From a virus, in IMG/VR virus record IMGVR_UViG_3300044274_000334: a stretch of DNA of 64,000 nt. The stretch is one strand, 5' to 3'. Under the pieces are notes generated by a model. That model ran no database searches and was not told the origin of the DNA. It was given only the letters and a program-made list of their open reading frames with translations. Below, piece by piece: positions 18,877 to 29,300 of this stretch. The translations under genes and the position numbers were made by a program. The number at the start of each line of letters is the position of its first letter. Position 1 is the first letter of the stretch.

Positions 18877-21359
18877 CAGTAGTCTCCATAGTTTTTCGTT
18901 CCTGAGAAGGCCGTCTGAGAGGACCTGCCGAGTTGCCCCTTCAGGTACTCAGCCATCCTCTTCACAGCTTCGTCGCCGGATCCTTCGACGTTGAAGACGT
19001 TGTTGAAGCTGACGGAGTTTCCTCCGCTGTTGATGACATTCTGGGTTTTCTCAGGAATGCCTGACGCGGGGACGCCCGCACCTAGCGAAATGGGTGAATG
19101 ACCTGGACCGCCTGTTCCACCGGTACCGCCGATGTTGAACACACTGGAAAGGTCGATGCTGCCAACCGCGCCGAGGATCCGACCCGGAATACCCCGTAGC
19201 CATGCAATGAACTCGTCGAACTTCGCCACTGCGCCATCCCAGATGGATTGCACCATCGAGACACCCGCATTGTAGAAGTCGACAGCAATGCCGCTGAGGC
19301 CTTTCCAGATCGCAGCCCCTGCCTGACCGAACTTGGTGACGACTTCGGAGTTCATGATGCCGTCCCACGCATCCTTCAGGAGGCCGGGGATCGCTTTGAA
19401 CTTGTCAGCGAGCCACTGGTCCGAGGACCCGTCGGTGAGCCATTGAAAACCCGACCTGATGTCAGCCTCGACACCATTCCGCCACGCGATGATCTTGTTC
19501 CAAGCGGCCTCGAAGCGTGTCCAGCTGGTCTCGACGGAGACGATCGTCTCCTCCAAACCGTTGGCCACCCACTCACCCCAGGAATAACCGTCACGTGCCT
19601 TGCCGGCCTCACCCATCTTTGTCACTTCGCCGAGTTCAGAGAACTTAGCGATCACCTGGTCGATCAGAGACTGCGTCCTTGGACCCAAGTTCTCGCTCAC
19701 GCCCTGCCCGAACCCTTTCAGGAACGTCAAGATTGGTTGGAAGTTCACGACTGCGAGGTACCCAAGGCCCGCAACCACCGCCCCAAGGGGTGTGAGCAGA
19801 AAGGCCAGAGTCGAACCGAGAGCTGCCATGATTGACGTCAGTCCAGCTACGGCCAGTCCGAGGGGGACAGCGGCAACCAGGCCCATCGCGGCGTACGTGC
19901 CGAACTCAAGGAGCTTCGGATTGGCCTCGCCGATACGGTCGATCAGTTCCACGGCCTTTGTCAGCGCCGTGGTGATCGTGTCGAGAACACCAGATTGAGC
20001 GATCGTCACGTAGAGACGGGTGATGGCGGAATTGAACCGCTGGACCGACCCCACGAAGCCTTCCATGCGCTCTGCGCTCAAGGCTTGTGAGAACCCTTTG
20101 GCCTTTTCGGTGATCTGCTCGATGAAAGCTGACACATCTTCATTGAAGAGTGTCTTGCCACGAGCGCCCTGACGAACGTCGAAGATGCGGAAGAACGCGG
20201 CGGCCGGGATATTGGCCTTCTGCATGTCCGCAATCAGCCGCTCGATGTCCAACGACTCGGCATTGGCAAAGAGCTGGTCCGTCAGCATCTCAGCAATCAG
20301 GTTTCGGTCGACCGCCGATCCTCCGACCTGAGCGGCCACGAGGTCTGTGATCCTCTGAACCTTCTCGGCCAGCCCTATGTCATCCGCCAACGCCTTGGCG
20401 ATGGCCTCGTCGCCACCCTGGAAGTTGATGCCGCCAAGGGACAGAGACGTTTTGATGTCTTCGACCGAGATTGGATCGCTCTCTGCCAGATAGTCCTCGA
20501 GATTGATGCCAACCTTGGCGAGTTCAGCGACACCGGCTTTCGTCGGCCGCACCAACCGCACCAGCATCGACCGGAGAGCCACCCCCGCTTCCGATCCTTT
20601 GATGCCGCTGCGGGCCATCACGGCAAACATGCCTGCCAGCTGCTCGATATTGATGCCGAGAGCCGACGCGATCGGTGCCGCGTACTTAAATGCCTCGGTC
20701 ATTTCGTGCATGTTGGAGTTTGTGATGTTCGCCGCGTAGGCCAGCGTGTCGGCAACCCTTCGCGCAGACTCGGCGGCCTGCTCGTAGGTGGCCATCGGCA
20801 GCCGCATCGCCGTCATGATGTTGGTCATGCGGTCAGCAGCTTCTTCCGTGCCGTAGTTGCCGGCAATCGCGTACTCCACAGCGGTCGGGAGGATCCCCTC
20901 GACCTGCTCGTGGTTCATGCCAGCCTGAACCAGCTGGTTATATGCCTTTGCGATCTGAAGCGCCGTTCTGGGCAGCTCCTTGTCGATCGTGGCGATGAGG
21001 TCGCGAACGCTTTTGCGGAATTGGTCTTTTCCCAACTCCGAACCGTCCTGCAACATCATCACCAGGTCTTTGCCGAAACGACGACCGACGATCTCGTTGA
21101 GGGTGTCCTCGAGATCGTAGACCTTCTTGCCGGCATCACCGAGCATCAAGCCGAGCCCGCCAGCCAAGGCAGTTGTATCGGTAGCGGCGCGGCGAACATT
21201 TCGAGACATCGTCGAAAAGTTCTTCGCGGCAACTCCCGAGATACGCCCGAAGACGCTGAGGGTCTTGTTGACCTTCTCGATGGAGTTGATGAGGATCTTC
21301 GCGTCTTTCGAAAACGCATCCTTCAACCGAACGACAAGACGGACTTCTTTATTTGCCAT
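18876..21359 (-). CDS. Tape measure protein
   Basis: 827 aa helical, TP901-like core (AFKYAAPIASALG...GIKGSEAGVALR). Confidence 0.92.
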   Translation of the reverse strand: MANKEVRLVVRLKDAFSKDAKILINSIEKVNKTLSVFGRISGVAAKNFSTMSRNVRRAATDTTALAGGLGLMLGDAGKKVYDLEDTLNEIVGRRFGKDLVMMLQDGSELGKDQFRKSVRDLIATIDKELPRTALQIAKAYNQLVQAGMNHEQVEGILPTAVEYAIAGNYGTEEAADRMTNIMTAMRLPMATYEQAAESARRVADTLAYAANITNSNMHEMTEAFKYAAPIASALGINIEQLAGMFAVMARSGIKGSEAGVALRSMLVRLVRPTKAGVAELAKVGINLEDYLAESDPISVEDIKTSLSLGGINFQGGDEAIAKALADDIGLAEKVQRITDLVAAQVGGSAVDRNLIAEMLTDQLFANAESLDIERLIADMQKANIPAAAFFRIFDVRQGARGKTLFNEDVSAFIEQITEKAKGFSQALSAERMEGFVGSVQRFNSAITRLYVTIAQSGVLDTITTALTKAVELIDRIGEANPKLLEFGTYAAMGLVAAVPLGLAVAGLTSIMAALGSTLAFLLTPLGAVVAGLGYLAVVNFQPILTFLKGFGQGVSENLGPRTQSLIDQVIAKFSELGEVTKMGEAGKARDGYSWGEWVANGLEETIVSVETSWTRFEAAWNKIIAWRNGVEADIRSGFQWLTDGSSDQWLADKFKAIPGLLKDAWDGIMNSEVVTKFGQAGAAIWKGLSGIAVDFYNAGVSMVQSIWDGAVAKFDEFIAWLRGIPGRILGAVGSIDLSSVFNIGGTGGTGGPGHSPISLGAGVPASGIPEKTQNVINSGGNSVSFNNVFNVEGSGDEAVKRMAEYLKGQLGRSSQTAFSGTKNYGDY

Positions 21360-21609
21360 GGAACAGCCCCGCGATCGCTTGTGCCGTATTGGCGGCTCTT
21401 ACGTTTTGATTGACACGGAACATTTCCTGAGCCTGCGGGAACCAGGTCCACACAAGCTCGTGGAATGTCATGTCTCGGAATTCTGAGAGGGGCCATCCGA
21501 GGACGGAGGAGACGAAGGCGACGTATCCTGGCCAGTCTGACCAGCTTGTTCGTCCTGCTCCGTCTCCTCCTCCGTTACCTCCACGGAGAAGAACTCGCGG
21601 GGCAAAAAA
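21349..21609 (-). CDS. -1 frameshift extension of the chaperone (gpE'-like)
   Basis: T TTT TTG at 21609-21603; -1 frame encodes VLGWPLSEFRDMTFHELVWTW and ends at the TMP start. Confidence 0.85.
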   Translation of the reverse strand, partial: FFAPRVLLRGGNGGGDGAGRTSWSDWPGYVAFVSSVLGWPLSEFRDMTFHELVWTWFPQAQEMFRVNQNVRAANTAQAIAGLFHGK

Positions 21610-21962
21610 TCGGGGAGCACCTTCATAACCTCGATCGAGTCTGTCGGACCAAGGCGAGAAACGACGGCGTACGGCGTGTCTGTAATCACGGCCATGCAAA
21701 CAAGTCCCTCAGACCCGCCCGCCTTGACGCCCTTCTCGATCTTCGCGAAGTCCGCACCGCGCATCGGCCGGAGGGTGAGTTCGCGGTACTCTTTGCCTTT
21801 GAACTTCATGGGCCGCTCGAGAGGGATCGTCACCGGGTCGGGAACCTCGGTGAGAAATTCAACCTCGTCGTCGGGGACATCCAGAAAAAACTCTCGCTCG
21901 CTCTGCTTCTTCTGAATTTTGCGGATCTCGTCTTCGGTCAACGCCTTGACAGCCGTGCTCAT
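21468..21962 (-). CDS. Tail assembly chaperone (gpE-like)
   Basis: Between tube and TMP; ELTLRPMRGAD; RBS before ATG 21962. Confidence 0.85.
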   Translation of the reverse strand: MSTAVKALTEDEIRKIQKKQSEREFFLDVPDDEVEFLTEVPDPVTIPLERPMKFKGKEYRELTLRPMRGADFAKIEKGVKAGGSEGLVCMAVITDTPYAVVSRLGPTDSIEVMKVLPDFLPREFFSVEVTEEETEQDEQAGQTGQDTSPSSPPSSDGPSQNSET

Positions 21963-21984
21963 GATCTTCCTCGCTTCTTGAAAC

Positions 21985-22010
21985 AAAAAAGGCGGGTCAA
22001 TGGACCCGCC
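21985..22010 (-). terminator. Terminator after the tail tube gene
   Basis: GGCGGGTC-AATG-GACCCGCC with A6 on the left. Confidence 0.75.
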
Positions 22011-22020
22011 TGCTTGGCCG

Positions 22021-22530
22021 TTAATATCCCAGGGCCGTGTTGACGTCGTTCAGTTGATCGACGCCATTGACGATCCGCTTCGGCGGAAACACCTGCAGCT
22101 CATGAACGACCAAAGAGTCGACCTCGTACCGCATGTAGCGGATACCGTTGACCATGAACTCGAGGCCCACCTTCTCACCGCGCTGCCAACGATCTCTTGA
22201 GCTTGCGTTGACAGCACCTTCGATAGTGCAGATGTGAGTGGCGATGCCTCCTTCCTGCTCGCGCAACACGGCACCGCGGAACGTGAGACGGTTCACGACG
22301 CCGGGGCCCTGAGCCATCTTCCCCATGATCGCCGGATTGAGGCCCGACATCTTCACGGTACACTCGAGTGCCTCGATGGCGGACATTGGCAAATTCATCG
22401 CCATGTCGGTCGCGCCGCCTCGGTATTCCTGGGTCATCGGCTTCGGCAGAGGAAGATCTACTTCCTCTGTGTCAGCCCCAAAGTCCACGCCGTCGAGGTA
22501 CATCGTGAACCCCTGCAACATATGACGCAT
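22021..22530 (-). CDS. Tail tube (P2 FII-like)
   Basis: EYRGGATD, LTFRG, YEVD..ELQV...IVNGVDQL. Confidence 0.9.
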   Translation of the reverse strand: MRHMLQGFTMYLDGVDFGADTEEVDLPLPKPMTQEYRGGATDMAMNLPMSAIEALECTVKMSGLNPAIMGKMAQGPGVVNRLTFRGAVLREQEGGIATHICTIEGAVNASSRDRWQRGEKVGLEFMVNGIRYMRYEVDSLVVHELQVFPPKRIVNGVDQLNDVNTALGY

Positions 22531-22559
22531 TTTAGCTTCTCCAATTCAGCGAGTGATGG

Positions 22560-24026
22560 TTAGACGTTCGCCGCAGCCGAGCCGGCCATGCGGGCGATTT
22601 CACGAGCCGCCGTCTGAGAAAGGTCCTCGTAGTAACCGGTGTTCCGGTTAAACATGAACGTGATGTGCTCGATCGGTGCCGGGCCTTCAGCGTCATAGCT
22701 CACGTAAAGATGGCCGCTCGCCCAGGTCTCCTTGGTGTTCAAGGTCGGATCCAGCCAGACCCGGCCGCCCAGGGTTGCCCCCAGCGCCTCCCAACGCCGA
22801 AGCGCGGCGTTCACGGTTTCAGCGATGTCGAGGAGAACCTGCAGGCCGAACGGCTTGTCGATGAACGGTTCACAGGCTCGCTCGATGGAGGAGATGATCG
22901 TGTCGTGAGACCGACGCACCGACATGAACTTCCGAAGAGAGTCGGCAGAAGTCACGCGGTTGCCCCACAGTTTGAACCCGCCAGACGGTGACCGAACTAC
23001 GCAGGAGACCTCGTTCTTGTTGAGGTACTGCGACTCGGCGGACGGATCATTAATGGAGTGGTCGACAGAACGGGACGTTCCAACGATCCCCTGGATGACG
23101 TGGTTCGAAGGCGAAACCCAGAAGCCCTCTTCGTAGTCCACCCGGGCGGTCAGTCCCGCCACCATCGGAGATGCCGGGGTGTTCACAACGCCGCCATCGC
23201 GGAACACCTTGACCATCGGCTCGATGATCATGAGGCGGTCAGTGTCGTAATCCTTCCGGTCATTCACCGCGTCCGTAGACGAGGTCGCTACGCCGTCTTT
23301 GAGAACCACAGCCCGGAAGAAAGGCGCCAGCTTTAGAAGCTCGATCGTCGCCGGGTTCGCCACGCTGCCCAACGTTGCCGTCGCAGTCGCATCTTCCGTG
23401 GCGCCGCCACCGCTGATGGTTACAGTCGGTGCGACCGTGTAGCCATAGCCAGCACTGTCGAGAACAATTTCGGTCACGGTCCCATCGACGGAGTTGATGA
23501 CCGCCGTTGCCGTTGCGCCAGCGCCATCGCCCGTGATGGTCACGGTCGGTACCGAAGTGTAGCCCACGCCACCAGTATCCACGGAAATAGCGGACACTCC
23601 GTCCACCGGGCGGGCCGACGTGAAGCCGGGAGCGATGAGGATCTTCGGTGTCAGGCCGAGGTCGTTCGGTGCGTTTCGGAACGCATGCACGCCGGTCCGC
23701 GCCGTAACATCGCCGATGATGTTTGCCAACGTCGCGTTGGCGTCAGCGCCCTCGTTCACGCGAATGACAACGATCGTCTGCGAAACCCGGCCGGCCTGCG
23801 AGAAGATGTCGTCGATCGCGTCAGGAAGCGTGCCTGTTTCGCCCAGGCCCTGAACGGCTCCGTTGATGCCGAAGATGGCAACCGGCTTATTCAGCGGCCA
23901 GTCAGCGGCGATGGCATCCGGGGCGGTGCCGATCAGACCAATGATGCCCGTGTCGACAGTCTCGACCGGGCGAGGCCCATTGTTTTTTTCGATGGTCTCA
24001 AGACCATGAAGATAGATGTCAGTCAT
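22560..24026 (-). CDS. Tail sheath (P2 FI-like)
   Basis: YLHGLETIE, PKILIAPGF, WVSPSN, LWGNR; internal repeated beta-rich insert. Confidence 0.92.
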   Translation of the reverse strand: MTDIYLHGLETIEKNNGPRPVETVDTGIIGLIGTAPDAIAADWPLNKPVAIFGINGAVQGLGETGTLPDAIDDIFSQAGRVSQTIVVIRVNEGADANATLANIIGDVTARTGVHAFRNAPNDLGLTPKILIAPGFTSARPVDGVSAISVDTGGVGYTSVPTVTITGDGAGATATAVINSVDGTVTEIVLDSAGYGYTVAPTVTISGGGATEDATATATLGSVANPATIELLKLAPFFRAVVLKDGVATSSTDAVNDRKDYDTDRLMIIEPMVKVFRDGGVVNTPASPMVAGLTARVDYEEGFWVSPSNHVIQGIVGTSRSVDHSINDPSAESQYLNKNEVSCVVRSPSGGFKLWGNRVTSADSLRKFMSVRRSHDTIISSIERACEPFIDKPFGLQVLLDIAETVNAALRRWEALGATLGGRVWLDPTLNTKETWASGHLYVSYDAEGPAPIEHITFMFNRNTGYYEDLSQTAAREIARMAGSAAANV

Positions 24027-24049
24027 CAGTTTCTCCTGAAGGTAGGCAC

Positions 24050-24071
24050 AAAAAAACCGCCATCAGGCGGT
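24050..24071 (-). terminator. Terminator upstream of the sheath gene
   Basis: ACCGCC-ATCA-GGCGGT with A-run on the left. Confidence 0.7.
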
Positions 24072-24098
24072 GTCAGGGTCGTTTTGTTTGGCGAGCCG

Positions 24099-24653
24099 TC
24101 AGCGCATCAAGGCCATAAAAAGGATGAGCGCCCACCAAAGCAGGCCGATGAGGAGTTCGGAGAGCGTATTGCCCCACGTTGTCCGGTACCGAAGCATGTA
24201 GGCCCCGACACCGAGCAAGCCGAAGGGGGCCGCGGCCGCGCAGATCCATGGCGAAGCGCCCTCGAGATACTGCCAAGCCGCCAACGAAGGGACGACGAAT
24301 GCCCCCAGCCTCAAGAACATGGCGATATGATCGGAGCCGAAAGCGATGAACTCAACCACTTTGACGAACAAGTCGTCGTTGCGCGGGTCGTCCGCCTGCA
24401 TGGCGTCTTCATGCCCGAGGTCAAACCAGAGGCCCCAACCCGGAGCTCCCCAGATTAGGAAGCCGAGCGCAACTACTGCGCCAAGCAGAGGATCCAGCAC
24501 GGTAGCCGTCAACGCACCGAAGATGGCCGACACGTAGTAAAGAGCACGTCCAGGGAGACGGTCAGTAAAGCTCGACATCCCACCACCACGTATGCGGTTG
24601 AACACCATGAAGACCGGCAGAGTCGGCAGCCAGGCGAAAAGCGTTTCCAACAT
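24099..24653 (-). CDS. Multi-pass membrane protein
   Basis: About 5 hydrophobic segments. Confidence 0.75.
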   Translation of the reverse strand: MLETLFAWLPTLPVFMVFNRIRGGGMSSFTDRLPGRALYYVSAIFGALTATVLDPLLGAVVALGFLIWGAPGWGLWFDLGHEDAMQADDPRNDDLFVKVVEFIAFGSDHIAMFLRLGAFVVPSLAAWQYLEGASPWICAAAAPFGLLGVGAYMLRYRTTWGNTLSELLIGLLWWALILFMALMR

Positions 24654-24662
24654 TCATTCACC

Positions 24663-25307
24663 TCAGATTGTTTGGTAGTACGTCCAAAGGCTGTCGATCT
24701 GCTCCGGCGTCAGACCGAGAGCCGCACTGATCTGGACCATCAGGGGATGCAAGCGCTCGTATTCGTTGGCTGTTCGCCAATCGATACTGGCCCGCTTTCG
24801 CTCCTCCTCATCCGGCATGGCGGCTATAAGAGCCTCAACGTCGGCCTCGTCCAGGCTGACATTAAGGAGGCCGTGCCGGAGCTGCCTAGCTGTAACGGTT
24901 CCCATCATCGCCCGCTGCTCTTCCGCAGTGGGTGGCACGAACTGTGGGACTTCGTTGTCTGCCTCAAGCCATTGCTGGACGGCCATGCGCACGCGGTTCT
25001 CATTCGAGAGGTCCTGCGGCGGGTTGAAAACAGGCTTTTCCTCCAATGTCGCGGAACCCGCCAAGTATGCCGTTTCCCACGCGCTCAGGGCTTCATCGTA
25101 GGCAGCTTGAGCCTGTGCCAACAGATCTTCTCGCCACGCTACCTGCTGGGCGGAGGGAGGGTTGATGCCATATTCGATGTCTTCTTCACTCCCCTCCGGC
25201 CAACGAACTCGAAGACGCGCTACAACAGAAAGATTCTGGGCATCCGCTATCGTGTGATCCGTGCCGGCATGAGCGAGAAGGCCGTAGACTTCAAGTATTT
25301 CCATCAC
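24663..25307 (-). CDS. Tail fibre assembly-like protein
   Basis: Coupled to the fibre gene; C-terminal VTARQLR...HPL...LGLTPEQIDSLW. Confidence 0.6.
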   Translation of the reverse strand: MMEILEVYGLLAHAGTDHTIADAQNLSVVARLRVRWPEGSEEDIEYGINPPSAQQVAWREDLLAQAQAAYDEALSAWETAYLAGSATLEEKPVFNPPQDLSNENRVRMAVQQWLEADNEVPQFVPPTAEEQRAMMGTVTARQLRHGLLNVSLDEADVEALIAAMPDEEERKRASIDWRTANEYERLHPLMVQISAALGLTPEQIDSLWTYYQTI

Positions 25308-26368
25308 GCGACCCTCTGATACATCTGACCGTTACCACCTGTCCCACGGCCCCGATGGCGCCAAGTGCCGGATAGGGCCGTATTGCCTGTGTGAGTGACG
25401 GTGTAGTCAAAAGTGTTTCCGCCATCGACACGTCGAACCGTGTACGAACCGTTCCGTTTGTAGGTCGTTTGGCCATCGGTGGTCAGGACGCAATGCCCGA
25501 TCGGGAAGTTGGTTTCTGAGTGAGAGGAACCGTCATAGACGAGCGCTAGCTTGTGGAAGCCGCCGTCGTTCTCTTCCCCCACTAGGGCATTCACGCTGTC
25601 ATCCCAACCAAAGAGGCGGTCAACCCCGCCGCTGTTGGCGTCCTTAAAGACCACCCAAGCATCGCCGGAATTGTCCATGTTCAGGTACAGGTACCCGTTC
25701 GCGTACAAGTGGCCGGTTAGCGCTAGGTTCCCCGCAATCGTCCCGCCAGCGTCGGATCGAAGAAACTGGTCACTACTCAAACCGCCAAGCAACTCGCTGT
25801 TCGACGCAGTGTCATTGGTTCCGAGCTTCCCCTGTAGCTCCGACTCGAGACCGACAATCTGATCAACAGTATGAGTGTGATCTGCTGCGGCTTTTGTAGC
25901 GAGCAAAGCATCGAGCCCGTTGATCTGCGCAGTAGTGTGCGTGTGAGAAGTAGGCGCCTTCCCTGCGATTGCCGCATCGAGGCTGCCGAATTTATCTTCG
26001 ACGCTACCGCCGCCGTGGGAAACGTTTGCTGCGGACAGCACCGCTGCCTGCCAATCCCCAGCCACATTAAGCAGCACCATCCCAGACTGCCCAGATGCCG
26101 CGTTGACGTCACTCAGGTCATTGAGGGAAAGGTTGCCGACAGACTGAATGTCTGTGTTGATCTGGTCGAGTTCAGCCCGGAGACCGTCAATATCGGCAAC
26201 CTGGTGATTGTGGGCAGATGCCGCTTTGCCAGCGACATCTGTGATTACCTGGCCAAGATTGGCGTCGACCAGGATTAGAGCATCCCTGAGCCTGACGAAC
26301 TCGGCGTTCGTCAGGTTTTCTTCATCAGGGATCGGGAGGTTCAGTAGTTCCGAACGCCTATCAGCCAT
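25304..26368 (-). CDS. Tail fibre protein
   Basis: Three H-x-H-x3-(D/Q)I-x-GL repeats. Confidence 0.8.
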   Translation of the reverse strand: MADRRSELLNLPIPDEENLTNAEFVRLRDALILVDANLGQVITDVAGKAASAHNHQVADIDGLRAELDQINTDIQSVGNLSLNDLSDVNAASGQSGMVLLNVAGDWQAAVLSAANVSHGGGSVEDKFGSLDAAIAGKAPTSHTHTTAQINGLDALLATKAAADHTHTVDQIVGLESELQGKLGTNDTASNSELLGGLSSDQFLRSDAGGTIAGNLALTGHLYANGYLYLNMDNSGDAWVVFKDANSGGVDRLFGWDDSVNALVGEENDGGFHKLALVYDGSSHSETNFPIGHCVLTTDGQTTYKRNGSYTVRRVDGGNTFDYTVTHTGNTALSGTWRHRGRGTGGNGQMYQRVA

Positions 26369-26377
26369 TCTTACCTC

Positions 26378-29300
26378 TTAGACGCCGAAGGCCCGAAGCT
26401 CCGCAATGGACGGCCTGGACCCGGCGCTTCCGTTCAGTACAATCCGCACTCGTCCACCGTTTGGAGCGTCGTGAGGGGTGATCTTGTAGATCGGCTCTTG
26501 CCAGCCATCTCCGAGATCTCTGGTCGTTGTCACAGAGAGCGGCTGCCAGTTGTCATCCGCCTTATCCATGTCGACAGTGAGTGAGGAACCAGCAGGTAGC
26601 TTCTGTGCGAAGACCACCTGAGCTTCGGTCTGCCCATCGATCGGGAAAACCCTGGAGATGTACTGACCTTGATCTCGGATCTTCCCGACAATCAGCGTCG
26701 TCCCTGGCCAAACAATCGGGCTCTCCGTCTCCGTCCCCGAGATGACCGCCCTTATGGTGATCTCCTCATCGAGGATTTCGTTGAACTCGATGGTCTGGCC
26801 TTCGGCCAACGGAATGACCTGACCGGTAGCGCGGACAAGTTCATATCGAGAGTTCGTGTTCTGGCTCGGCCGTTCGACTGAACCGCGCAGCACCATGTCG
26901 GTGAATTGCGGAAGAGTACCCTTCCAGATCTCTTCGACCTTCGTCAGCGGATCGAACCGCGCCCCAATCATCCGGAACTTGATGTCGTCGAACTGATGCG
27001 CGTTCCACGTCAGGCGGTTGGATGAAGAGAACATCACACCGATGGCGTAAGCCGGCTGAGAGATCAGCTGACCGGTCTCAGGATCGACGTCGCCTTGCCG
27101 AGCAATCATGACCGCGTGGTCAGGATCGTCCGTCATGATGACGAAGCAGAACTCCACAGCCGGTTGGAGATAGATCGGGAAGGCGAACCTTGCCTCGATC
27201 AAGTCGCCGACCTGCTTACCCGCCATGGAAACGAACACCTCGGCCAACACTTGGTTGGTCGGGTAGCCGTTTAGTGTGGTGCACAGCTGGACGCGAACGC
27301 CCTTGTTGTCATCACCAACGGCACCAACCCAGAAGTCGAAGCCAGCAACGTGCCGTCCCTCGGTCAAGCTGAACGTCTGAGCCAAAGGATCGACCGCATC
27401 CCGGCCTCTGCCTTCACCAGCGCCACCAGAGTTACGAACCACGTTCGTCACGTTCGTAATGTTCGTGATGTTGTTGATGATAGGCGGGGGCGCCGCACGA
27501 GTTACCAGCGTCACGCGCTGCATGACTTCGGTCTCGATTGTGCCTTCACCCACGAACAGAGCTTCCGCGAACGACCCGGCCAGACCATCAGCCCGCACCA
27601 AACGCGCCCCTGTCGGAACCAGGGCAGGAATGGTGAAAGTCCCAGAGATTTTCCCATCGAGGTCCGCCACCGGGGCAGGATCCGGAAGGATGTCCACCCC
27701 GTCGAAGGTCATTGACTCGAGCGTCTCATTGGCAGCAAAGCCGTCGATTGAGAACTCGATGTCAATTTCTCTGAGGACTTTCGCCTCGGTGACCTCTTCC
27801 GACACCTCCTGAGTGAACGTGGTCGTCCCAGGAGGTGTCCCTGGGGCCGCCGTCAGTTCGGTGGTGATGCCGTCGATGAAGTTGGTCACGTTCTCCGTCC
27901 AGAAGTCGGTCGGAGGCTCGAGGACCAGCTCTGCCGGCATAGTGGTCGCGTTGGCGTACGGGTTGATCTTCATCGGCCTGGACGAGAGAGGCTGTGACAA
28001 GATCACCTCCTCAACGTAGTCCAACATCGCGCTGACGCTTGACCGCCGAATACCAACCTGGTCAACGGCAAGCTGCAGAACGCCACGGTTGATGGCAGCG
28101 GTCTGCGGCTCGCCCTCGTCCCGGTAGAACGAGCTGACGAAGAGGTCAGTGAAGATCCCCTCTCGCGAAACGGCAGCTCTCGATTGGACATCGCGTTGCT
28201 GTTCAGACCGATCGAACTGCCGCACCACCTTTTCCAGCAAGCTGAAAAGACGCAGCTGCTGGTCATACGTGTAGTTGCGAGTTCCGTTGTTCGTGACCAC
28301 CGGAAGATTGATCCAGTCGTTTCGAACTTCTGCCAGCTTGAGGATGCCAGATGGCGGTTTCGCCGGGAGGGCTCCTCGTCTCGCCGAAATGCCTTTGACG
28401 TAGACCGCGCCGCCGCTCTGCTCCAAACCAATAAGATCGATCCGGGGCAGCTTCGAGGTATATGACAAGGTGAGCGTTCTGCCCGCCACCCCGCCACCAA
28501 CCTTGACAGTTGTTGGGGTGACCTCGATCGGTGTCACCGCATCGAAATACAGATAGCGCACCGAGTAAGTCGAGGCCTGCGCGGGCTCGTCACCAGCGTT
28601 GGCCCAAGAGATGCTATCTCCGGACAGGCCGTATGCGCCAGGATCAAAAGTCGTTCCTCCCTGAGTGACCTCGAGGATTTCAACAATTGAGGACTGGCCA
28701 AGAACATCAGACCCGCCAGGGGTTGCACCGCGCACCACGCTTTCCGTGATTTCCTTCGTCACGATCGCGCTCGTTACGGACGCGATAGGCGCACGATTGA
28801 CGCTGACGATCGCAGTACCGTCACCGCTATCGACATAGGTGTGCGGCTCGGCGTCAATCGTTTCCAGATCCGGCTCTTCCGGTACCGGCAGGCGAATGGC
28901 GGCCTCACGGATGCGCTTCCAGCCGCTGATGTTGGCTGTTCCAGCGCTTACGGAGAACACCTGATCCGCACCGAGCTTGCCCAGCGCCACAACCCGACAA
29001 CCTTCGACGATGTAGTGACCGTTACTGTCGAAGTCGTAGGACGACAGTTGGCGCAGCACGCCGGTGAGCGCGGGAGGGGGATCCTGGTTGAGGATCGTTC
29101 CATTGCGCATCAGGTACACTTGGACGAAGCGGCCCGTGATGGTGTCTGTAGAAAGACCCCAGGTAAGTTTCTGGATTTCACGTCCAGCACCAGGCTCGTT
29201 GTAAGAGGCAGTCCCCTCATCTATGCCGAGGAGAGTGGCGTCATCCTCGTGGTCGATAAAAGTGCGCTCGAGGAACACACCGATTGCGATATCACCCGAC

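Noticed and set aside
23380-23600. Repeated beta-rich insert in the sheath as a separate element
   Set aside because: In frame, no intein motifs; surface insert domains are common in sheath proteins
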